From Chlorokybus atmophyticus (taxonomy: Eukaryota; Plantae; Mesostigma and Chlorokybus algae): a stretch of 64,000 nucleotides of DNA. The translations under genes and the position numbers were made by a program. Each line of letters opens with the position of its first letter. The first letter of the stretch is position 1. The stretch lies in contig RHPI01002568.1 of NCBI GenBank assembly GCA_009103225.1, positions 447,742 to 511,741 on the forward strand, read 5' to 3'. Of this stretch, positions 46,214 to 58,700 are shown in pieces. The notes beneath the pieces were generated by a model. It ran no database searches. It saw nothing but the letters and a program-made list of their open reading frames with translations, and was not told the DNA's origin.

Positions 46214-47662
46214 AGTTACGAGAGTTACGGTCAACTTTGACTTTGACCATTGACTAGGGTTGACTAGGGTACACTTTGACCGTTGACTAGTGTTGACTGA
46301 AGTTGACTTTGACTAGGGTTGACTAGTCTTTTCTAGTGTTGACTAGCTTAGTTTATAAGTCACTGTATGTGGCGCATACAGGTGGAATTGCAATATGAAC
46401 ATACTTCTCTTTGTTGACATGCTATTGCACTTGTTGTTCCCCTAATGTGAGCGCATGTATGAGGTAGGGCGCGTACATGCACACTAGTTTTTAACAAGTT
46501 ATGGGCCCACACATGCGTAGAGTGTAAGTGTGTTGTGGTCGTGTAGGAAGTTGTGGTTGCTTAGGGGAGTAGGTTGCGGGCTCTGTGTGTAGCAGAAGGG
46601 CAACCAACGCCAAGAAAGCTTGGACAACATGAAGATCACGATTGAGCCGATGGACGTGGACAACTACATCACCTGGAGCATCAAAATGGAGCTGTTGCTG
46701 GTACACAGGGACATGTGGAAGTATGTGAACCCCGCGGAGGAGATGGTGGCAATCTCCTTGTAATGAAGCTGGGAGGATCTAGCTTGGTGCCGAGTGCGAG
46801 CAGTACTTGGTGGAGGAGGCGTCCTTCATACCTGGGAGCTGGTGTATTCCAGCTTGGAGTGTTGCGGTGCGTGAAGTACTTGCGGGGCGTGCCAAGAGCG
46901 CGTCGTTGCTGTCTACTCAACAGCATGGTGTTTGAGCGTGATGCTTGAACGTGGATATGAGAGGAGTAGCTGAGCGCGCGAAGCGTGGAGGTTACACTCT
47001 GCGAGCATGGTATAGTGCTCAAGGTATACTATATGCAAGTGAGCAGTTTGCAGGGTGACAAGCATTGGGAGCGAGCAGCTCGAGGTGCTAGCGTCATGTA
47101 TTGGAGCGAGAAGTTCCAAGTCAATTTGAAGGCAATGAAGGCGTGGGAGCTTGTGCATGCTGATATGCAGATGCGGACAACAAGCTGCCTGCGCGGGAGT
47201 GTTGAAGGTTAAGCATATGAGGTTTGCTAGTATAGTGTGCTTATACTACATGTTGAAGGTTAAGCATATGAGGTTTGCTAGTATAGTATGCTTATAGTAC
47301 ATCCAGCTTGTTGATGTTACTTGGACCATGTGCGGCGGTTACAAAATGGGAGTTACAGTCAACAGGAGTTACGGGAGTTACGAGAGTTACGGTCAACTTT
47401 GACTTTGACCATTGACTAGGGTTGACTAGGGTAGACTTTGACCGTTGACTAGTGTTGACCAGAGTTGACTTTAACTAGGGTTGACTAGTCTTTTCCAGTG
47501 TTGACTAGCTTAGTATACAAGTCACTGTATGTGGCGCATATAGGTGGAACTGCAATAGAAACATACTTCTCTTTGTTGATTGACATGCTATTGCACTTGT
47601 TGTTCCCCTAGTGTGAGCGCATGTATGAGGTAGGGCGCATACATGCACACTAGTTCTTAACA
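46214..47662 (+). mobile_element. Copia family-B TRIM-like derivative with a ~700-bp internal region
   Basis: Truncated 5' LTR 46214-46497, PBS AGTTATGGGCCCAC, gag start MKITIEPMDVDNYITWSIKM, and complete 3' LTR 47200-47662. Confidence 0.88.
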
Positions 47663-47897
47663 TTAGCAGTGCCGCCATACAGCTAATATCAACATGAGAC
47701 TCATATCTGATGTCGATACCAATGTTCTATATGAGCAACACTACCTTCGGCCTTAACACTAAGTCAACGGTCCCATTACGGCTTGATTGATTGTATATAC
47801 CCTTATGTAATCCTAAATAAGGGCAGGGAACCTCTATAAAGTAGTACTCGGTGTCATTCCCCCCCACTTAGGTTGCAATGTTCTTTTGAAATAGTTA

Positions 47898-50221
47898 TGT
47901 TAAATGTTATAGCTTGTTGAAAGTACATGTATAGGTGGCGCCTACGTGTAGTTGGTACGATTAGCTTAACCTTTATAGACACGAGAGTTACGAGAGTTAG
48001 GAGAGTTACGGCAGTTACGGCATTTATGGTCAACCATTGTCAACTTTGACTTTGACCGATGACTTTGACTATTGACTAGTGTTGACTAGTGTTGACTTTG
48101 ACCAGAGTTGACTAGAGTTGACCAATACTTAGTAGCATAGTTTATAAGACACTGTATACTGCTACTGTAATACAGTGGGTCGCAGATTGTCTCTTTTGTT
48201 GGCGTGCTTGCTGCACTTGTCCTTAGTGTGTGCACACTTGTATGTAGGAGGCAAATACACACACACTAAGCGCATCACTAGTTCTCAACAGGTTATGGGC
48301 CCACACTCGCTTGTGTGATCGCTTGTGCTAGTGACAGAAAGTGTTGAGCATAGGCGCCTACTAGTAGAGTGTTCTTGGGGAGAGGGTGAGTTGTACTATT
48401 ATGTAGCAAGCAATGGCTGACACAGATAGGATGCCCATTGAGTCCCTTGATCTGCACAACTATGCTTCATGGTCGCTGAAGATGAGGTTGGTGCTGATCC
48501 GCAAGAAACTCTGGAGTTTTGTCGTCCCTACCTCCTCCACATCATAGCGGCTCAGAACAGGTGACGCAAGTACCTGGCGAGAGAACTCACAATTAGCTTT
48601 TGCACTGATAGGCTTGCACGTTAAAGACTTTCATCTCCCTCTTATTGCGGATTGCAAGTCTGGACGTGAGGCGTGGGAGGTCTTCGACACCCTCTTCAAG
48701 GCCAATAGCAACTCGCGCAAGTTGCAGCTGGGACGCAAGCTAACACTTCTAAAAATGGAGCACAAAAACTTAATCCAGAAGTACATCTCACGTGCAAGGG
48801 AGCTTTGGCAAGACCTTGTAGCAGTGGGCCACGATGTGAAGGAAGAGGAGGTGATGTGGGCATTCTTAGCTGGCTTGGGAAAGAGCTTTGCTACGCTAGT
48901 GTCTGTGTTGGAGTCCTCAGATGTGGTTTTGAAGTTTGCTGATGTAGTGCCTAAGCTGCTAGCTGTGGAAGGCAAGTTGGATGTTCAGGAGATAGAAAAT
49001 GGTGGAGAACCTATCGCACTTGCTGCCTTATCTTCTCAACACACACGAAGCAGGAGCAAAGCAGGTGGTGGGAAGCCGTTATGTGACAAAGAGTGTCACT
49101 ACTACAAGATAAAGGGCCACTTCATTTGCGAGTGCCAGTAGAGGATCCATAATGAGGCAACCAAGGAGGAGCACGCCACGGTGGCGATTGCTTTCTAGCA
49201 TTAGTGAGGACCTCAAGGAGTTGCAGTGGATGGTTCGTCCGTCCTCTCCCACTGCAAGGGCGCGTGAAGGACATGCATAGACAGAGGTCGCAGACACAAA
49301 GGTCTGTGAAAGTTACTGCTAGCCTAAGTGTAGTTGCTGGTGTTGAGCTCCATACACTAGAGGTTGCATTGCTGTGGAGTTGTTTTTTGGTAGCACACAG
49401 GTGTGCGATACTGGTTAGAACACTTCACTTGATTGGCATGCAAGGACTGAGTTGTATAGCTAGCTAACAGGAGATGGGAGGGGCGCTTTCCTTGGTAGAA
49501 GGGTCTGATCAACCCTTGCACTACCTACACTCTGGTACAACATTGCTAAGGTAGAGAACTCAGTATAGTTTATAGCATAGTTTGCCGTTGAGGGAGTCCT
49601 CGAAACCACCTGAGCAAGGTCAGGCGTGGCGTGGTGGGACCTGATGCGACAACTATAAGGAGGAAACAAGGAGTATTGGAACCTTGTAGTTTTGCTGGCA
49701 GCGTAAGGAGAAAGATGGTTTCATGGAGACAACCATCAAGTCCGCGGGAGCAACACATCTGTGGGAGTGTTCAATGGAGTAAGTTAATATGGGTAAGCTT
49801 GCAAGAAGAACTTGTTCAAGGTCAAGCTGCTCGCATGGGAATGTTAAATGTTATAGCTTGTTGAAAGTACATGTATAGGCGGCGCCTACATGTAGTTGGT
49901 ACGATCAGCTTAACCTTTATAGTTACGAGAGTTAGGAGAGTTACGGCAATTACGGCAGTTATGGTCAACCATGGTCAACTTTGACTTTGACCGTTGACTT
50001 TGACCATTGACTAGTGTTGACTAGTGTTGACTTTGACCAGAGTTGACTAGAGTTGACTAGTATTTAGTAGCATAGTATATAAGACACTGTATACTGCTTA
50101 ATACAGTGGGTCGCACATTATCTTTATAGTTGGCGTGCTTGCTGCACTTGTCCTTGGTGCGTGCACACTTGTATGTAAGAGGCAAATATACACACACTAG
50201 GCGCATCACTAGTTCTCAACA
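47898..50221 (+). mobile_element. Non-autonomous gag-only Copia element A4
   Basis: LTRs at 47898-48289 and 49842-50221, TSD AGTTA, PBS at 48290. Confidence 0.95.
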
Positions 50222-50334
50222 AGTTAGCAAAGCCCCATTATGAGCACTCAGAACCAAAGCAGTGAGAGAACCATGGCCGCAGCGGTAGAGATGTCTGCCA
50301 GCACCCTTTTGCCATCCGTGCGTGAACACAGCGC

Positions 50335-50520
50335 TCAAGCACCCGCGAAGAATCTCTTGGCAGCTGGTAAGATTCCTTGCGGGCTCTCACGTGTTGTGCT
50401 CAACACTACGTTATACCCTTTCCATTTCACCAAGTAAGACAACGCGCGTTCTCGTCGTGGCTTTCGGTGACTGAGAGTTGCTTCCACCTCATATTCAAAC
50501 ATGTTGTAGCTAATCACTTG
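50335..50520 (-). pseudogene. Chromodomain at the integrase C-terminus
   Basis: EYEVEATLSHR..YLVKWKGY. Confidence 0.88.
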
Positions 50521-52980
50521 AACGAGGGGTGGAGGAGGTTGAACCCGATCGTCAATACGGTACTGTTTCGATACACTCTTATGAAACACATTGTGAATGC
50601 GTATTCACTTTAAATAGTCCAACCGAAACGCGTGAGTGCCGACCCAATCAATCACTTTAAGAAGGCCTATCTAGCGAGGGAAAAATTTACGAGTACCCAC
50701 TCCCTTTATGGATATGTTTTTGGTACTTAAAAGCACCGAATAGCCCATCAACATCGCAGTTGGCCTTTCTACAATGCGCATTAGCTTGGGCTTTTAATTT
50801 GTCCTACGTTGCGCCTAGACAGTCCTTTGCTAACACTAACCTGTCTTGCATGGCCGAAACCAGTTCGCGCGCCGCAGACACGCGAGTTATGTCAGTAGCG
50901 GGCAACTTGATGTTCGTGGACTTAGTGAATGCACTTCATAATTCTAAAAAAACAGAGTTTTATGCACACTTTATTGCCATGCTTAATCAAGTGCAAACTC
51001 AACCATCAAGATATAAACATCCCAATCACCATGATCTTGACTCACAACATGCCGGATGGTCTCCTCAATCACTTGATTGGCGCATTTCTACTGACCACCG
51101 TGTTCACATCTTACTGACCTGCGGTTAGTAAGATGTGAACATGTTCCATGAAATTTATAAGAAGCTGCATAGCAACTTCTAAAACCAAGCCACAAATTGC
51201 GGATCACAATCAGACACAATATTGTAAGGCAAGCCATGCAACTTGAACACAGACGCGACAAAAGCCATCGCCAACTCATGGGAGCGTATTTTCATATGAC
51301 AAGAGATAATGTGAACTATTTCTGTGTAACAGTCCACAAAATAACAACCGCAGTGTTACATTTGCTGTCTCTGGGAGCTCGATAACCGAGTCCATACTCA
51401 AACTTTCCCACTTGCCATTTTCAACAGGCAATGGTCGTAGCAACCTAGCGGGTTTCTGACGTAACGCCTTGTCACGCGTAACATTTGTCACACGTGTCCA
51501 CAAAATGCTTTACGTTAACATGCAACCATGGCCACCAATACAACTGTTGCGCTGCCTTAACAGTTCTGCGACTGCCAAAGTGCCCAGCGCACGGTGGATT
51601 GTGTACATCAGCTATGCATTTTGTACGCGTCTCATCATAGTCTAGTATAATCAAATTAGTGCCCGAATAGTACACGTTGTCTCATTCATTAAGCATTTGC
51701 ACGGTTTCATCTAAAGAGAATTATGGGTTTAAGTATACCCTGGCACAACAGCTTGCACAAATTCATAGTTAGGTGGCAATGTATCGCGCGTTACAAACAA
51801 TTGTTCACGCATAAATGCCAACAATGACGGACAGCGACTCAGATCAGCAAGATTGAATTTGTCAAGCCGGTATACCCACTCAAAGGTAACTCGAGAGAGA
51901 AACTCATTCTAGCGAAATTACCATCGTGACAAGTTGGACTGTGTCGGGAAAATATACCAATGCATTATAATTGGTCACCACTATAAAATGAGCCCCCTCC
52001 AAGTACCATCGCCATGTTTTAGAGAATGTGCCATATCAAGCAACTCTTGATCAATGGTAGTGTAATTCACCTCGGCTAGGATGAACTTCCCACTCTCAAT
52101 AGCACATTGTCTGCCATCTCGCAACAGTAGTGCACCACACCTAAGGGTGGACGCATTGCTAACCACAGCGAAATGCTTGGCTCAGTAAGGCACCAACATT
52201 GGAGCCGTAAAAGCTAGCTTTACTACTTTAATGCATAACAGCTTCTTGTTCAGTTGTGCAAGAATGGTGCGTCTTTTTGCAACAATTTGTCAAAAGGCAC
52301 CACCACTGTGGAGTACCCCATCATAAACTTGTGGAAGTAGTTATTTGCCTAGCCTAGTAATTATCGCAGCTGATGCATATTCATGGGTTGAGGCCAATCC
52401 TTCACAACTTGCACCTTGTAAGGGTCAGGTTTAACACACGCACCGCTGACAATGTGCCCCAAAAATGGCAACTCCGTTTTGCAAAAGTCAAACTTTGCAA
52501 CATTAGCAAACAAGCGACAAGCACACAGCAAGGTGAACACCGCTTCCAAGTGCTTTTTATGCCATTTTTTAATTTCACTGAAGACAATGTTGTCATCCAA
52601 GTAAAACACGACATATTTGCCAAGTATGCCGCCCAATATGTTGTTCATTTTCTTCTAAACCACTGCGGGCGCATTAGTCACCTTTTAAGGTAACACAATG
52701 CATTAAAAATGGCCAGAACGTGTTCGAAATATTTTCTTGATAACATGAATGGATAAATCCGGATCTGATGATATCCACATATCAAGTTGAGCACACTAAA
52801 GTACGCATTTCCGAACAATATACTAACTACACCAATCCGGGGTAATGGGTATCGATTGTGTACCGTGATCTTGTTCAATGCATGGTAACCTACACACATG
52901 CACAGCTTTCCATTCTGTTATATTATTAAAAAGATGGGCGCGTCAAAGGGTGAAGAACTCAGTTTGATCAATCCCTTTTT

Positions 52981-53128
52981 TGTAACTCCTTGGTTTGGGT
53001 TTCCATTTCCCCCCTCTCTCGGGGGCTTAGCCTATATATAAGCCGAAACGAAGGCTCACTATCAAGAATGACTGGTATTGTGTGTCCGACACCTCGATTT
53101 TGAGGTAAGCCTAGCAACTCATCTTACA
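52981..53128. repeat. Possible 148-bp solo LTR of a further family, inside the chromovirus pol
   Basis: TGTAA..TTACA termini and an internal TATATAA. There is no TSD and no second copy. Confidence 0.35.
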
Positions 53129-54044
53129 ACACCTGTTATTACTCCTCAATAATAATTGTAACCTTTCTATACTGCCCGGCACAAAGCCGTCCGATGACGA
53201 CGACAACTATACCAGAAGAGCCGGTGTGTTTTTACGCAACGCACATTTCACTTGCAGTGCAATGAGTAGCGCAGGGTTGGGCTGCTTGTGCTGGAAGCTA
53301 TGCAACCCTTTCACAGACAATGTCACATGCTTACAACCTTTCTTTACCAAGCACAAGCGTGCAATAGTATCCATTGTCTTCTCAAAAAATTTCCTGCCAT
53401 TCCAATCGTAATACCACAACACATGATATGTCGATGGATACCATTTAACAAAGTCAGAGTGGCATGATAATTGCAAATCTTTACTTTCATTCCAACTTCC
53501 CCTGTTACTGGCAACGCACCCCCCGCACCGGCAGTTGGAAACAATGAGGATGTACACACTACCTTGTTGCGCACGACCCATTGTTCTTCAACGAAGTTGT
53601 GTGTTGCACCAGTGTCAATCAAGAGTGAACTATTTACACCGTGCATTGTGCCACTGAATGTTCAAGCAGGTGCCACCCGTCTTTAGTATGTAGCCAAGAG
53701 TCTGTGACCAATGTGAGGGTTGATAAATATTGCTAACAACCGCAGTGTCCCTGTTTTCACGAGAACTAAGTTGCTTCAATACCCCCCCTCCCCCCCAAAA
53801 TATGCTTCAAGTATGGGCCGTAATGCTATGGCACCATTACCACCATACTCCAGGTTGTCCTTATTTTGCAACTGAATAAAAGCATGCAACTCACTGATAA
53901 GCATGTTGAATTCCACATGTACCAGCACATAAGCATGTTCTTCCACTTTTCCAACATAAAAGAGTGGCAATATGTTATGCGCTTGCCATACATGCGTCAT
54001 TACATGCACTTGGGACATATCATACAACAAGCTTGCTGCTTGCA

Positions 54045-54458
54045 TGTTAAGAACTAGTGTGCATATATGCGCCGTACCTCATACATGCGCTCACAGTGGG
54101 GGAACACCAAGTGTAACATACAAGCATGTCAACACCAAAGAGAAATGTATTGCAATTCCCACCTGTATGCGCCACATACAATGACTTGTATATTTACTAA
54201 TCTAGTCAACATCAGAAAGAAACTAGTTTAAGTCAACTCTAGTCAACACTAGTCAACGGTCAAAGTCAACACTAGTCAACACTAATCAACGGTTAAATGC
54301 AAAGTTGACCATAAATGTCATAACTCCCATAACTCCCATAACTCCTCTTGACTGTAACTCCCATAGCGCATTTGCCGCACATGGTCTAAGTAACATTAAT
54401 AAGCTGACTGTATTGTAAGCATACAACACTAGCAAAACTCATATGCTTACTTTTAATA
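54045..54458 (-). mobile_element. Solo LTR, family B (older copy)
   Basis: TSD TTGCA at 54040-54044 and 54459-54463. Confidence 0.88.
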
Positions 54459-55771
54459 TTGCATCTCAAGCAGCTAGCTTTCAACCGCATCTACAACAGT
54501 CGTGGTGTGATCCTATCCAACCTTCTTGGCCTGGTCCTTCTTGGCGGGGCAGTTCTTCGCATTGTGGCCCAGCTAGTGACAGACGTAATAGGTGCCAGCC
54601 GCAGCAGGTGTAGCACCAGCAATTGTGCCACCAGTAGGAGGCATGAATGTCTTTGTCTTCTTTGCCATGTGCGTACTCAGCTGAGGTTAACACTTTCCTT
54701 GCCCCCCCTTGCGGATTGGCCGAAGCTGCCACATGTGCCTTCTCATGCACTGCCATTTCATTACTGTACAGATACGCGCTCAATTTCAGCAGCTTGGCCA
54801 AGTCCTCCGCAACCCACGAAAATCCCGTTGCCGTATGGTACTGCAGCTAATCGCGCACACGCGCATCCAAGCCGCGCTTGTATAACTTAAGTTGCTTAGC
54901 CTTGTCTATGGGCATGAGGCCACTGTTCACGCGACCCACAAATGCTTGAAATTTTTGCAGATAGATTGAAGGCGCCCGGCCATATTGTCGCAACTTGTTG
55001 AGCTTGCTGCGAACATGAGCAGCAGGATCCATGCCACTTTAGTGCTCCATAAGAACTTGACTAGTGCTTCCATTGTCTTAGCCGCACTATCCTTTGTGTG
55101 CCTCGCCCACTCGGCGAGAGCGTCAAATGCCATGACCAACTCAGCAACAACAATGTGCTCACCAATTGAGCGTTTCAGTGCTATCAAATAGTGCTCGTAA
55201 CCACCCAGTTGTGAATGCTGACACTGCCATTGGGCTTGATCAATTGAGGCTTGTTCAGCGATGTAACCAGCAGCCCCATTAATGCACCAGCTGCTGAAGA
55301 AGCACCCGCCACCTGCATATATATCACCTGCATATATAGTATCGAGGTGTGCCACCAATTTCACTCGGCTTGTTAACTTGTTTTCCCATTCAGGTCCCAA
55401 GTACCAGAACACGGCCTTGCAACGCTGTGAGGTTCAACCACCGAGTTGGCCCTTAAACCGCCATTCGCTTTTCTTGATAAGGGAGAGGCTTATCATATAT
55501 GGTCACGAGAGCATCCACTCTTGGATTACCTCGCACAAGTGGCGGGATGTTGTTTGTCTACTCGTGCTTAAGCTGATGCGGATCACCATCTCCATGCTTG
55601 CGCGAGGGAGTGTGGCAAAGTGTGTCTCATCGCCATCACGAACCTTCTGCGCCCATGCACCCCACGTTTTCCTTGACGAAGCTGAGGGTGGGCAGCAAGT
55701 AGAGCCTTACGCTATGAGGCATACTTCTTCATGGCGCCGCAAATGACACTTTAAATGTCCACTAGACTACA

Positions 55772-58700
55772 TTGAGCGAACAGGTTAAGAGAAGCATCGC
55801 TCCTTTGCGTGGCTGCTTCTCTCATTTTACTGCCAGTAAGCTTATAGCTTTCACTACGAGTCTTTCACTTCCTCATCACTGGATGGCTTGTATGGTGTTA
55901 ACTTCTTACGCTTGGAAGAATATCCCACACCTTCCTCTCCTTGGTCAGACATTTGCCCAAGGATACAAGCCGTTAATAATGGAAGTTTTGCAAGTGCACC
56001 AACACACAAGTTGTGCACCACATCTCATACGCGAAGGTAAAACGCTGTTGGATCACAAGCCCGTGCTGCTCGAGCTATGCCCTGCCTTCAGCTCCCCTCG
56101 GGGTCAAGGTTGCTAAAAGCTGAACACGGCGCTTCTAAAGGACCCTTTGTTTCTTTCATATTTCCACTCTTTGTGGGCTTCCCAACATCTCCATCCTACA
56201 GATTCTATCTTTATGAGCTGGTTTAAAGCAGGCCTCGAGGACGTTTGCTCCCTTGCCCGGCGCCATGAGGCTCGCCGCCACCGAGCTAAGGTCAGTAAGC
56301 TCGCCTCCCTGCAATCTTTACTTGCAGGGCTGGAGCGCAGCCTTGCTGCACCCCCTCCCCCGCAGCGCCTGCGTGCTGAAAGGCAATCTCCTCGCCTAGA
56401 TCTTTGAGCTAGAATAGGCGGCGCTTGAGCTCTCTTACACGCGTTCCGCCAACCAGCAACTTGGGGAGCGCATGAACAAGTATTTCTTCTAAATGCGAGA
56501 CGGACAGGCTTTCCTCATTGCTGCTTTTGCTTTCTTTCTCCACCGTACAGCACACCCCCCCTTCGTTAACACAAGAGGAGATCTCTCGCGCTGCTAGGGA
56601 CTATTATCACGAGCTGTTCACAGCATCCCGCCCTGACCCTGTGCAACAGCGGAATGCGCCCTTGCAACATGTGTTCGGTGTGTTCTAGAGGCGGTAGAGT
56701 CGTTGACTGCATCTCGTTTGTCTTTCCCACTCACATTGGATGAGCTCCACGCTGCACTTGTACGGATGGATCCGGGGAAATGTCCAGGCAGAGACGAGCT
56801 CACTTCTGCCTTTTGGCAGGCCTCGTGGTCCCTCCTCGGGCAAGACTATCATGTCTACTGTCTTTGCATTCTATCTAGAGGTGTGATGGGCACGTCACAG
56901 CGTGCTGGGGTGATCAGGCTTATTCTCAAGCGTGGGGTCACCTCCGACCTGAGGAACTGGCGTCCGATCACTCTTTTACCCTTGCACTACAAGATATTGG
57001 CCCTTAGTCTTCGCCTTTCTCTCTCGTCCTTCCCGACACTATCTCGCCAGAGCAGACTGGGTTTGCGGGCAGGCGCTCCATCTTGGACAACGTCCTCATT
57101 GTTTTTTACGTCAACTCCCACGCCTTCTGCTGTCGTCCACGCATCGCCCTGCTTCTCCTCGACTTTAAAGAGGCTTCAACAGCATTGGTTGGAACTTCAT
57201 CGATGCCATTACGCAGCAGCAAGGTTTCAAGCATACTTTATGTGGATGGTTTTGAATTCTCAACGGTGGAGGCTATAGCCAAGTCTTGATGAATGGCTTT
57301 CGTACCAATAATTTCCCCTTAAAGCGGAGCGTACGCCAAGGCTGCCCTCTCGCGCCATCCCATACTACGGTATACTACTACACTACTACGGTAGTAAGAC
57401 TACCTGCTACAGTCTGCCGCCGCTAAGTCTTGTGCTGCCGCTTGCCTGCTGCTTCCGCCCTCCTAGCCTGGCCGTTAGCAAGAAGGGCGGTCAGCTAGGG
57501 CGGCGCAACACATTATATACACACCACCACCACCACCACCACCACCACCACAACAACAACAGCGCACCTGCTGGCGGCCGCCGCCGCCGCCTGGCTTGGC
57601 CTGGTGGCCGCCCTGCAACACGAAGGGTGGAAGGGCGGTTAGGCTGCGCTGCTGCGCACTACACGACAAGACATGCACAAGCACATACCTGCCGCCGCCG
57701 CCGCCGCAGTAGCACAACGCTCAACTGCGCAAGTCAACTTGCACAGTTGAGCATTGTGTTGCGGCTTAGCGTTTGAATTCACAAGGGGGCTGTTGAGTTT
57801 AAAAACTCAACGGCTTCCCTTATGACACCATTGTACCATTACGATGGTACTTTTTAACCATTGTAATGGTACAAAAGTACCAATACAATTGTAATGGTAC
57901 TGCTGCACCATATCGATGGTACAATCGTACCATTATTTAAGAATCTTTCATCGTATCATATATCGGTATTTGTCCCATTTCACCGCCACCGCTCGTCCCT
58001 AAATTGGGACTGATAAGTCATTTGCTTGCCATTTTTGATACATCACCGTCGCAAAATGCTATACGACCGGTAGTCGGTCGTATTAACTACGTAAATATTC
58101 CGTATCATTCATCGAAATTAGGGGACTGAGATGTGACTTTATTGCCATAACAGGTAGGTCGCCGCCGCGGGTGCTGTACGACCGGCGGTCGGCCGTTGAC
58201 ATAAATTACAAGCAAGTCATGACATGCAGGTAGCAGTCCATTATATTGTACCCTAGGCCATTGGACGTTGATTGTTATCCACAACATACACCGGCAGTCC
58301 AGTCAGTCCCTTTATGGCCCAAGTCGTCAGGGTTAGGTGCAGCCAGGTAGGGTCAGACACTCGTCAGTCCCTCAGTCCCTGGTCAATCACCGTGTTAAAT
58401 TTGCGACGTGTTTATGGCTTAGCTCTCCCTCAAAACCCTTTCTTTCTGTCTGTCGAGAAGGATGCCCCCATGATGGAGATCAAGCATTTGGAGTACATAT
58501 CAATGACACGGCTATCGTGTAAGCACCAACAGACTCAGCCTACACTGGCTTCACCGGGTGTATGGCCACGTTCTGCCTTGCTTCGATGCCTCTTCGCATC
58601 TAGCCAAGTCTGTAGGCGTGGTGGCAGGCCCGTCCTTACCTAGCACCCCTTTGGATTGGGGAGTGCGCTGGCTGAGTCAGGGTGATACTGCAACTCTACT

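Larger units (their letters stand above)
47663..55760 (-). mobile_element. Decayed chromovirus-type Ty3/Gypsy element
   Basis: gag knuckle (~54560), IDTGATHNF, YLDDNIVFS, NYTTIDQELL, GHFG..CDKC, WESLSMD, chromodomain, and PPT AAGTGGGGGGAA followed by TGACACC at ~47855-47870. Confidence 0.88.
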
